Of a stretch of 60,399 nucleotides of DNA, positions 29,349-37,383 are shown piece after piece. The notes under the pieces are model-generated. The model did not search any database and had not been told where the DNA came from. It saw only the letters and a list, made by a program, of their open reading frames with translations. Position numbers and translations under genes: made by a program. Position 1 is the stretch's first letter, and the number at the start of each line of letters is the position of its first letter. Source of the DNA: an uncultured Prevotella sp. (lineage in GTDB: Bacteria > Bacillota > Clostridia > Christensenellales > UBA1242); NCBI GenBank assembly GCA_964370495.1, contig CAYJJH010000001.1, positions 5,499 to 65,897 on the forward strand, given 5' to 3'.

Positions 29349-29420
29349 ATAAACTTGATTTAAATTCAATAATTTTTTAAATCTATCATAAATAAATTAT
29401 GGTAAAAAGGAAGGTATGTA

Positions 29421-30044
29421 ATGATAATCATAAAAAACCAAAAACAATTAGAAAGATTTTTTAATGAAAAGCATCAAAGCTATATATTTTTTCAAGATGT
29501 AAAAATTGATATGGATGTAATAGAAAGTGATAAAGGCGTAAAAGGTTATAATATACATGCTAATAATCTTAACGTAAACGAGCTTATAGTAAATAATATA
29601 GACGCTAAACAGATAGAAGTGATAAACAGCATAAAAGCAAATGATATTAACGCATATGATATAGAAGCATATAATATAAAAGCAAAAAACGTTAAAGCAA
29701 GTAATATAAGCGCTTTTAATTTAAGAGTAAATAATATAGAATCCGAAGTTATGAAAGTTAATGATGTAAATGCTCACGATATAAAAGCAAGTGAAATTAC
29801 AGCAAATGATATTTTAGCAAATAACATTACATCAAAAAATATAGACGCTAATGATATAGATGCTGAAAATATAATTACAGACTCGATCAAAGGCAATAAC
29901 GTAAGTACAAAAAATATAAAAGCAGATGAGTTTGATATTGTAAGTTTATCTGTGTCTGAAGCTATTACATTTAAAAAGCAAAGAATAAATATCAACACAA
30001 AAGGATTAAAAGAAATTTTAGACACGAAAGAAGAAACAAAATGA
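29421..30044 (+). CDS. 5-residue-repeat family protein P1 (207 aa)
   Basis: SD AAGGAAGG. N-cap MIIIKNQKQLERFFNEKHQSYIFFQDV, 20 consecutive in-register A-x-[DN]-[ILV]-x pentads and tail KKQRININTKGLKE. Confidence 0.8.
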   Translation: MIIIKNQKQLERFFNEKHQSYIFFQDVKIDMDVIESDKGVKGYNIHANNLNVNELIVNNIDAKQIEVINSIKANDINAYDIEAYNIKAKNVKASNISAFNLRVNNIESEVMKVNDVNAHDIKASEITANDILANNITSKNIDANDIDAENIITDSIKGNNVSTKNIKADEFDIVSLSVSEAITFKKQRININTKGLKEILDTKEETK

Positions 30045-30667
30045 TTACTATAAAAAATAGGGAAGAGTTAAAAAATTATTATGATAAAGAAACAAAATCC
30101 TATGTGTTTAATGAAGATGTAATTATTGAAATAGATAAACTATGTTTACCGTCAGATATTGTTGCAAAGAAAATAACCATTATAAATGCCTCGACAGAAA
30201 ATATAGAAGCAGAGGAGTTAAGTGGTAAAAATATATATTGTTGGGATATTAAAGCAAAAAAAATAAATATAGATAAAATTAATGCATTAGATATTGATAC
30301 AAATGTTTTAAAATCTAAAGAAGTTAATGCCCATAATATACAAGCGACAAAAATAGAAGCAGATTGTTTAAAAGCAAGAGATGTTATTTGTGAAGAAATA
30401 AACTCAATTAATGTCGCAGTAAATGATATAAAATCAAAAGATATAAATTTAATTAAAATAGAAAGTCAAAATATAGAAACAGAAAGCATAGTAGCAGATA
30501 AATTAAAATGTGATACATTGTCTGCTAACACTGTAAAAGCAAATGATATAGAAATTATGTATATGACGGAAGAGCAAGCGTTGCATTATAAAAAATATAA
30601 AATAAATATAAACACAAATGGATTCAAAGACGAGCAGGAGCAGGAATTAGAAATAAAAATTGTATGA
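30041..30667 (+). CDS. 5-residue-repeat family protein P2 (208 aa)
   Basis: ATGA overlap with P1. N-cap MITIKNREELKNYYDKETKSYVFNEDV, pentad repeats and tail KKYKININTNGFKD. Confidence 0.8.
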   Translation: MITIKNREELKNYYDKETKSYVFNEDVIIEIDKLCLPSDIVAKKITIINASTENIEAEELSGKNIYCWDIKAKKINIDKINALDIDTNVLKSKEVNAHNIQATKIEADCLKARDVICEEINSINVAVNDIKSKDINLIKIESQNIETESIVADKLKCDTLSANTVKANDIEIMYMTEEQALHYKKYKININTNGFKDEQEQELEIKIV

Positions 30668-30670
30668 TCA

Positions 30671-30699
30671 TTGACTTTTTGTTGTTTTTAATTTAATAT
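30671..30699 (+). promoter_or_regulatory. internal sigmaA-type promoter upstream of P3
   Basis: TTGACT, 17 nt, TAATAT, followed by SD AGAAGG and the ATG at 30727. Confidence 0.5.
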
Positions 30700-30726
30700 A
30701 AATTGAAAATACAAAAGAAGGTAAAT

Positions 30727-31587
30727 ATGATAACTATAGAAAGTAAAAAAGACCTTGAGCAGTATTATCACAAAAAAAGCGATAAATATATTTTTAATGA
30801 AGATGTATTTATTGACATAGACGACATAACTATTTTAAAAGATATTATTGGCGAAAATCTTTGGGCGAAAAATATTACAGCCAAAAACATTAACATAGAA
30901 AATATAGATGCAAAAAATTTAAATTGCTTAGATATTAAAGCAACAGACATAAGGCTAGATAAAGTGAAAGCTAATGATATAATGGCAGAAAATCTAAATG
31001 CTGATTCAGTAGAGGCAAATGAGATAGTTGTGGAAAAAGATATAGTGGCTAATACGCTAGAAGCCAACAGTATAACAGGAACCGAATTTTTTATACATGA
31101 CATAAAAGCTAATTCTATTGAAGGTATGGAAATTATAGCTAACAGTATTAATGTTCTAAAAATAGATATAGACGATGTCGTATCAGACAGCGTAACAGCC
31201 GAAGAAATAAACGTGGTAAATATAAAGGCTAATGACATAAAAGCCGAAATACTTATTGCTATGGGTGATATAGTTGCAAAGAATATAAAAGCAAATGAGT
31301 TTATTGGCAATAAAATAATGGCGGGCAAAGTTATTACTTCTTTAAATAAAACAACAAAAAACATAATGACAATTGGTGACATATATTCAAACGAAGTTAT
31401 TTCTGAAAGCTGTCAGCTTAAGGCTATAAAAAATATTCGTATGTTAAATATAAATACAAAAGACATAGATATAGATGAATTAATAATATCTAATAAAATA
31501 GTTTATAAAAAACATATACTTAACATAGACAAAAAAGGATTGAAAGAACAACAAAAAATATTGATCGAAAAAATGCTAGAGTATTGA
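30727..31587 (+). CDS. 5-residue-repeat family protein P3 (286 aa)
   Basis: Start set at MITIESKKDLEQYYHKKSDKYIFNEDV, matching the family N-cap. It has the longest repeat tract and tail YKKHILNIDKKGLKE. Confidence 0.8.
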   Translation: MITIESKKDLEQYYHKKSDKYIFNEDVFIDIDDITILKDIIGENLWAKNITAKNINIENIDAKNLNCLDIKATDIRLDKVKANDIMAENLNADSVEANEIVVEKDIVANTLEANSITGTEFFIHDIKANSIEGMEIIANSINVLKIDIDDVVSDSVTAEEINVVNIKANDIKAEILIAMGDIVAKNIKANEFIGNKIMAGKVITSLNKTTKNIMTIGDIYSNEVISESCQLKAIKNIRMLNINTKDIDIDELIISNKIVYKKHILNIDKKGLKEQQKILIEKMLEY

Positions 31588-31612
31588 CATTGGTATTATA
31601 CAAGCGTAAAAT
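31584..31612 (+). promoter_or_regulatory. internal sigmaA-type promoter upstream of P4
   Basis: TTGACA (overlapping the P3 stop), 17 nt, TAAAAT, then SD AGGAAGG and the ATG at 31640. Confidence 0.5.
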
Positions 31613-31639
31613 GTAAGGATAAAAAAAGGAAGGTATAAT

Positions 31640-32443
31640 ATGATAGAGATAAACAGTAGAGAAGATTTAAAAAAGTATTTTAACGAAAGCAAAGGAGAAT
31701 ATCTTTTTGAAAAAGATGTAACCATTAACATGAAATACTTGAGCGTAGAAGCAGATATTGTTGGTGAAAATATCACAGCAGGAGACCTAGCGGTTTATAA
31801 TATAGAGGCTAAAGAATTAAATACAAAAAACTTAACAGCAAATAATTTAATAGCTCAATATATTAATTCAGAAAATCTAACAGCCGCAGATGTTTATACA
31901 AACGATATAAAGGCTAAAAATATTAAAGCAACCAGTATAGTTGCTAATGACATTTTAGCAAACGACATAACCTGTGAAGATGTAAGGGTAAATAAAATAA
32001 TAGGAAATGATATTGCAATAGGCAATATAAAAGCAAGAACAGTGGTAGCAAGAGATATTGAAGCAGATGAAATATCAACCGAAGATTTAACAGCAAGAGC
32101 TGTTAAAGTAGAATATATTAAAGCAGATAAGGTTCATGTAAGTGAAATTAAATCTATAATTACAGAAGTAGATGATTTAGAAGCAAAAAAAATTCAAACA
32201 CAAAAGATCACAAGCAATAGAGTTTTAACAAAAGAAATTGCGGCAAATGAAAAGAAAATAGCTAATTTTATCTTTGTAGAAGTAAATAAAGATTGTACAA
32301 CAACTTCACATTATTCAAACGTTAATGACGAAGAAGAATTTTCTAAGGTAATGCGTCTTGATGATTTAGATGATAATGAAAAATTCTCTATGGTTAAAAA
32401 CTTTTCAGGCCTTAAATCAACAGAAGCAGACAAGGAAATATAA
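31640..32443 (+). CDS. 5-residue-repeat family protein P4 (267 aa)
   Basis: N-cap MIEINSREDLKKYFNESKGEYLFEKDV, pentad repeats and tail NFSGLKSTEADKEI. Confidence 0.8.
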   Translation: MIEINSREDLKKYFNESKGEYLFEKDVTINMKYLSVEADIVGENITAGDLAVYNIEAKELNTKNLTANNLIAQYINSENLTAADVYTNDIKAKNIKATSIVANDILANDITCEDVRVNKIIGNDIAIGNIKARTVVARDIEADEISTEDLTARAVKVEYIKADKVHVSEIKSIITEVDDLEAKKIQTQKITSNRVLTKEIAANEKKIANFIFVEVNKDCTTTSHYSNVNDEEEFSKVMRLDDLDDNEKFSMVKNFSGLKSTEADKEI

Positions 32444-32454
32444 GGGGTATAATT

Positions 32455-32997
32455 ATGATAACAATAAATAATATAAAAGATCTTGAACAATATTATAACA
32501 AAGATCAAAACGCATACATTTTTGAAGACGATGTAACAGTAACAAAACAAGGCCTAACTTTTGATTCAGATATAAAAGCTAAGACATTCAAAATAGGAGA
32601 GGGGCATAAAGATTCTTGGCTAAGAGCTAATGATATGGAATTCGAAAATCTTGAAGCAGAAGGCGTATATGTATATGCAAAAAACTTCAAAGCAAAAGAA
32701 GTAAACGCATACTGGGTAAATGCAAATGTATTCCGTGCAGAAGAAGCAACAGTTACTTTTTTAGAAGCAAGGGACGTAAAAGCAGGGGCAGTAAAATCTA
32801 ACTATATTGAATGTAAGGACATAGAAGTAGAAGAAAAACTTGAAGCGGATATAATTAAAGCAAAGCTTGCAATTGTTCCAAATGATAATAAAGTTAAAGA
32901 GTTAGGTGCAGAATATGTTATAACTCAAAAAAAGCAACAATTAGATGCAACATTTACCGGCTTGAAAGAAGATAAAGAAACAGGCATAGAGAGATAG
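32455..32997 (+). CDS. 5-residue-repeat family protein P5 (180 aa, short subfamily)
   Basis: SD AAGGGG. N-cap MITINNIKDLEQYYNKDQNAYIFEDDV, degenerate A-x-x-[VILF]-x pentads and tail DATFTGLKEDKETGIER. Confidence 0.8.
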   Translation: MITINNIKDLEQYYNKDQNAYIFEDDVTVTKQGLTFDSDIKAKTFKIGEGHKDSWLRANDMEFENLEAEGVYVYAKNFKAKEVNAYWVNANVFRAEEATVTFLEARDVKAGAVKSNYIECKDIEVEEKLEADIIKAKLAIVPNDNKVKELGAEYVITQKKQQLDATFTGLKEDKETGIER

Positions 32998-33007
32998 GAG
33001 AAATAAA

Positions 33008-33460
33008 ATGATATTTATAAATAGTGAAAAGTACCTTGGGAAATTCTATAATGAAAAACAAGGAGCATATATTTTTGATGACAATGTAATTGTTACAATA
33101 GAAAATTTAACCTTTGACGCAGATGTAAAAGGTAAAGATTTTAAAATTGGCAAGGGGTTCAAAGATTCAGTTCTTGAAGGTGATTCTATGGAATTTGAAA
33201 ACTTAGTGGCAAGTAATGTATATGCTAGATCATTGAAGGTAAAAAAGATAGAAGCATTTGAAGTAATAGCAGAGAACTTTGAAGCAGAAGAAGCAGAGGT
33301 TGATTTAATACACGCAGAAAATTCAGATATTAAAAACATAAAAGAGGTTGCTTATTTTGCTCAAAATGAAACTTCAGAAGCTAAAGAAGAAAAGCTTAAA
33401 ACACTAGATGCAAGTTTCACAGGATTGAAAGAAGATAAAGCAACAGGCATAGAGTTATAA
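33008..33460 (+). CDS. 5-residue-repeat family protein P6 (150 aa, short subfamily)
   Basis: SD GGAG. N-cap MIFINSEKYLGKFYNEKQGAYIFDDNV and tail DASFTGLKEDKATGIEL. Confidence 0.8.
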   Translation: MIFINSEKYLGKFYNEKQGAYIFDDNVIVTIENLTFDADVKGKDFKIGKGFKDSVLEGDSMEFENLVASNVYARSLKVKKIEAFEVIAENFEAEEAEVDLIHAENSDIKNIKEVAYFAQNETSEAKEEKLKTLDASFTGLKEDKATGIEL

Positions 33461-33471
33461 GGAGAAATAAA

Positions 33472-33888
33472 ATGATTACTATAAACAATATAAAAGAACT
33501 AGAGCAGTATTATAATAAAGAACAGAACGCATATGTATTCGAAGATGATGTAACTGCAGGGATAGATATAATAGTTGATTCCGATATAAAAGGTAAAAAT
33601 CTTGAATTTGCCGAAGGATATGGTCTTCTTGATGCGAATGAGATTCAATTTAAAAATCTTAGTGCCAGAGAAGTCTTTGCAAAATACTTAAAAGTAGATA
33701 CAGTAAATGCATTCCAAGTAGATGTAGACGTTTTAGATGCTGCCGAAGCAAAAGTTATATTGTTAGAGGCAAGGGCAAAAATCTTGAAACAGGTAACAGA
33801 GGGAGAACCAGAAGTAGAAAAGAAGCAAGAGTTAAGTGCAAACTTCACAGGCTTGAAAGAAGAGAAAGGGAATAGCATAGAAATATAA
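33472..33888 (+). CDS. 5-residue-repeat family protein P7 (138 aa, short subfamily)
   Basis: SD AAGGAG. N-cap MITINNIKELEQYYNKEQNAYVFEDDV and tail SANFTGLKEEKGNSIEI. Confidence 0.8.
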   Translation: MITINNIKELEQYYNKEQNAYVFEDDVTAGIDIIVDSDIKGKNLEFAEGYGLLDANEIQFKNLSAREVFAKYLKVDTVNAFQVDVDVLDAAEAKVILLEARAKILKQVTEGEPEVEKKQELSANFTGLKEEKGNSIEI

Positions 33889-33898
33889 AAGGTAATAT

Positions 33899-34435
33899 AT
33901 GATCTACATAAATCACATTGATGAATTGAGAAAGTATTATAATGAAAAGGAAGATGCCTATGTTTTTAATGAAGACATAGAAATGCATATTGATTTTATA
34001 AGTATATCAGAGAATATAAAAGGCAAGGATATAAAAGCCAAAGACATTATGGTATATAATATTTTTGCGGAAAATATATATGCAGAGAATATACAGTCAT
34101 ATGATATTTACGCAGACAATATTAAAGCGCATGATATAAATGCGCATGATATAAATTCAGCAAATATAGAAGCCGTAAATATAATTGCAAAAGATGTTGT
34201 AGCAAATGACATAAACGCAGATACGATAAATGCAAATACACTGGAATCAAGGGATATACAAGCTAACGATATTTATGTTAATAAAATAAAAGCAAACGAA
34301 GTTATAGCCAAGAACTTCAAGGCATCATCTATGTATATAAATGAATTTTATACAAAACAAGAAAAACAAATAGAAAAGCAAGAAATATTAAATAAAAAGA
34401 AATCACTTGATGGTTTTGTTAATATAATCCGCTAA
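33899..34435 (+). CDS. 5-residue-repeat family protein P8 (178 aa)
   Basis: N-cap MIYINHIDELRKYYNEKEDAYVFNEDI and very regular x-[DN]-I-x-A pentads. The family tail motif is missing and the last 33 nt overlap the glyQS 3' end. Confidence 0.75.
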   Translation: MIYINHIDELRKYYNEKEDAYVFNEDIEMHIDFISISENIKGKDIKAKDIMVYNIFAENIYAENIQSYDIYADNIKAHDINAHDINSANIEAVNIIAKDVVANDINADTINANTLESRDIQANDIYVNKIKANEVIAKNFKASSMYINEFYTKQEKQIEKQEILNKKKSLDGFVNIIR

Positions 34436-35758
34436 ATCTTTTACAGCTATTCGTTCTTGTTGCATTGTGTCTCTGTTACGCACAGTTACGCAATTATCAT
34501 TAAGAGTGTCATAATCTACGGTAATACAAAGTGGCGTTCCTATCTCGTCTTGGCGTCTGTAACGCTTACCAATAGAGCCTGCATCATCGTAGGTTACAGA
34601 AAAAGTATTTTGAAGCTCTCTATATATAGCGTCTGCTGTGTCTGTTAATCCTTTCTTTTGTAATGGCAATACACAGGCTTTGTATGGTGCAATGCTGGGT
34701 TTAAGTTTTAATACAATGCGTGTGTCGGTGTCATCAATTTTTTCTTCTGTATATGCATCGCAAAGCAGTGCAAGCAGCAACCTTTCTACACCTTGTGAAC
34801 TTTCAATTATAGTAGGTATAAATTTTTTGTTTGTAAATGGATCTAAATATTCCATAGATTTACCCGATAGGTTTTGATGATTTGTAAGATCATATACCCC
34901 ACGGTGGTGTGTCCCGTTAAGTTCCCCCCAACCAAAAGGATATTGATATTCCATATCACAAGCAGCAGAGCAATAGAAAACCAGCTTCTCGTGATCGTGG
35001 AAGCGTAAGTTTTCTTTTTTTAATCCTAATACATTGGTACAGAAATTATATTGTTTATTTTTATATTTTTCATATTCAGCAAGTGCATTTTTGTCCTCAC
35101 AAAAAAGTTGATGTTCCATTTGTTCGAACTCTATTGTTCTGAATATAAAATTACCCGGTGTTATTTCATTTCTAAATGCTTTACCAATTTGACCAATACC
35201 AAAAGGTAATTTAAGTCGCATAGAGCGTTGAACATTTTGAAAGTTTATATACTGACTTTGTGCTGTTTCAGGACGCAAATATATTTGGCTTAGTTTGTCT
35301 TGCGTTACGCCACGATGTGTTTCGAACATAAGATTAAATTGACGAATATCTGTCCAGTCCTTTTTGCCACATGTTGGACATTTTATGTTGTTCTTATTTA
35401 TATAATCAACCAAGTCTGTATTTGACCAACCATCAGCATTGATTTCTGGATTATGGCTTTCGATAAGTTTATCTGCTCTGGCTCTGGCTTTACAGGATTT
35501 ACAATCCATTAAAGGATCAGAAAAACCCGTTGCGTGTCCGCTGGCTACCCAAACATTTCGGTTTGTTAAAATACCACCGTCCAAACCTACGCTGTTTTCG
35601 TTTTTGCTTACAAATTCTTTCCACCATTCACGCTTAATGTTGTTCTTTAATTCAACACCAAGTGGACCATAGTCCCATGTATTTGCAAGTCCATCGTATA
35701 TTTCAGAACCTGGGAAAACAAATCCACGGCCTTTACATAATGAAAGTATTTTTTCCAT
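34403..35758 (-). CDS. glyQS: glycine--tRNA ligase (homodimeric type)
   Basis: RGFVFPGSEIYDGLANTWDYGPLG N-terminus and class II motifs (FRNEITPG, GxGxGxERL-like GVERLLLAL). Confidence 0.92.
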   Translation of the reverse strand: MEKILSLCKGRGFVFPGSEIYDGLANTWDYGPLGVELKNNIKREWWKEFVSKNENSVGLDGGILTNRNVWVASGHATGFSDPLMDCKSCKARARADKLIESHNPEINADGWSNTDLVDYINKNNIKCPTCGKKDWTDIRQFNLMFETHRGVTQDKLSQIYLRPETAQSQYINFQNVQRSMRLKLPFGIGQIGKAFRNEITPGNFIFRTIEFEQMEHQLFCEDKNALAEYEKYKNKQYNFCTNVLGLKKENLRFHDHEKLVFYCSAACDMEYQYPFGWGELNGTHHRGVYDLTNHQNLSGKSMEYLDPFTNKKFIPTIIESSQGVERLLLALLCDAYTEEKIDDTDTRIVLKLKPSIAPYKACVLPLQKKGLTDTADAIYRELQNTFSVTYDDAGSIGKRYRRQDEIGTPLCITVDYDTLNDNCVTVRNRDTMQQERIAVKDLADYINKTIK

Positions 35759-36088
35759 TTATGCTCCTTTACCTGATCTATCCCCATAGCCTGACCATTT
35801 TTCCCCGTGTCTGGCTTTTAATTTATCTATGTTGATTTGTGCAACTTCGTTTAGATCAAAATCAAAATAATCTGCGATTGCGGATACATACCACAAAACA
35901 TCACCAAGTTCTTTTTTAAGATCTTCAACAACTATTTTTTTAGAACCGATAGAGTTCTTTTTTATTATTTCTGTAACTTCGCCAGCTTCACCAGCAAGGC
36001 CAAGTCCATAATAAGATAATTCTAAATCTTTATTCTCCCAAGGTTTTTTTGTTCCCTTTGCTAAATTTTTGTAATCATTAAATTCCAT
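35759..36088 (-). CDS. MazG-like nucleotide pyrophosphohydrolase
   Basis: LAGEAGEVTEIIKK and ELGDVLWYVSAIADYF motifs. The stop abuts the glyQS start. Confidence 0.75.
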   Translation of the reverse strand: MEFNDYKNLAKGTKKPWENKDLELSYYGLGLAGEAGEVTEIIKKNSIGSKKIVVEDLKKELGDVLWYVSAIADYFDFDLNEVAQINIDKLKARHGEKWSGYGDRSGKGA

Positions 36089-36091
36089 ATT

Positions 36092-37375
36092 TTATTTCCT
36101 TTTAATAACGGTTATACCGTGCATATATTTATGTAGAGCAGTTGGGACGTTTATGCTGCCGTCCTCATTTTGAAATTGCTCTAAAATGGCGGGAATCAAG
36201 CGAGATGTCGCAAGTCCCGAAGCATTTAGTGTGTGTAGGAAAATGTTTTTTCCTTTCTCGTCTTTTGTTCGTATGCCGGCTCTTCTTGATTGATAATCAA
36301 TAGCATTAGACACAGAAGATACTTCTTTGTATCCATTCATGCTTGGAATATAAACTTCTATATCATATGTTTTTGCCATAGCAGCTGAACAGTCTCCCGC
36401 AGCAAGAGCAACGGTTTGGTAATGAAGCCCAAGGCCTTCTGCCAATTTCTGTGCATTGCGAACCAACTCTTCAAATAACTTTGTGCTTTGCTCTGGGGCA
36501 GAGTAGATAAACATTTCAATTTTATTAAATTGATATCCGCGAATCATACCGCGTTCATCTGTTCTGTATGATCCTGCTTCCTTACGGTAACATGGTGAAT
36601 ATCCGAAATACTTAATTGGTAATTCAGCAGGGTTTATATGTTCGTTTCTGTGTAAATTAAGAAGTGCGGTTTCTGCTGTAGGTAGCAAAAATTTACTTTT
36701 CTTTGGGTCTTTGTCAAAATCTGTAACAAAAACATCATCCATAAATTTTGGAAATTGACCAGCAGCATAACCACTTTCATAATTAAGTAAGTGGGGTGGC
36801 ATAATGAACTTATATCCGTTTGCTATGTGGAAGTCCACGAAGTAATTAAGTAATGCCCATTCAAGCATAGCGCCCGCGCCCGTGTATACCCATGTTTTAG
36901 ATCCACTAATCTTAGCTCCGCGTTCATAATCAATAAGTCCCAAACTGGTGGCCAACTCTACATGGTCTTTTAATTTGAATGAGGGATTTTGTTTTTTACC
37001 AAAAGTATTGATAACTTTGTTGTTTTCTTTTCCGCCTGCTACAACTTCGGGTTGTGGAATGTTTGGTAGAGCAGAAAGAAAATCAAATATTTGTTTTTCT
37101 ACAACGGCTAATTCCTTGTCGCAGTTTGCAATCTTATCGCTGATACTCTTCATCTCTTGGATTTGCTTAGAGGTATCCTTACCGTCTTTTTTTAACTTTG
37201 TAATTACGTTGTTGTTTTCGTTTTTCTTTTTTCTTCGTTCTTCGTTTTTATGTAATAACTCTTTGCGTTTATTGTCTAATTTTATTACTTGCGAAAAATC
37301 TACTTTATCAATTCTTTTAAGCAGCTGTTTTTTGACCCAATCGGTCTTTTCTTTTATTAAGTTAATGTCTAGCAT
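36092..37375 (-). CDS. serS: serine--tRNA ligase
   Basis: N-terminal coiled-coil arm (MLDINLIKEK..) and class II motifs (CYRKEAGS, TLNASGLATSR). Confidence 0.92.
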   Translation of the reverse strand: MLDINLIKEKTDWVKKQLLKRIDKVDFSQVIKLDNKRKELLHKNEERRKKKNENNNVITKLKKDGKDTSKQIQEMKSISDKIANCDKELAVVEKQIFDFLSALPNIPQPEVVAGGKENNKVINTFGKKQNPSFKLKDHVELATSLGLIDYERGAKISGSKTWVYTGAGAMLEWALLNYFVDFHIANGYKFIMPPHLLNYESGYAAGQFPKFMDDVFVTDFDKDPKKSKFLLPTAETALLNLHRNEHINPAELPIKYFGYSPCYRKEAGSYRTDERGMIRGYQFNKIEMFIYSAPEQSTKLFEELVRNAQKLAEGLGLHYQTVALAAGDCSAAMAKTYDIEVYIPSMNGYKEVSSVSNAIDYQSRRAGIRTKDEKGKNIFLHTLNASGLATSRLIPAILEQFQNEDGSINVPTALHKYMHGITVIKRK

Positions 37376-37383
37376 AATTTTTA

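Noticed and set aside
29244-29420. Very AT-rich 177-bp spacer considered as a possible oriC/DUE
   Set aside because: I found no DnaA-box-like 9-mers. It is better explained as the divergent promoter region for the gmk-like operon and the repeat-gene array.
30768-31382. 204-aa minus-strand ORF, plus similar antisense ORFs at 29774-30025, 32505-32690, 33046-33339 and 33645-33878, inside the repeat-gene array
   Set aside because: These are shadow ORFs created by the 15-nt periodic AT-rich coding repeats on the plus strand. They have no SD and no conserved caps, and their Ser/Ile/Phe-rich composition mirrors the antisense of N/D/I/A/K codons.
29544-34300. Periodic short DNA repeats that could be mistaken for a CRISPR array or satellite
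   Set aside because: The period is 15 nt, with no repeat-spacer architecture. The repeats are imperfect and in frame with well-supported ORFs, and no cas genes are present.
29421-34435. The idea that the repeat proteins are Qnr/MfpA-type gyrase protectors because gyrB/gyrA lie about 9 kb away
   Set aside because: Proximity is weak evidence: unrelated operons lie in between and on the opposite strand. The repeat register also differs from canonical pentapeptide-repeat proteins. I keep it only as one untested hypothesis.
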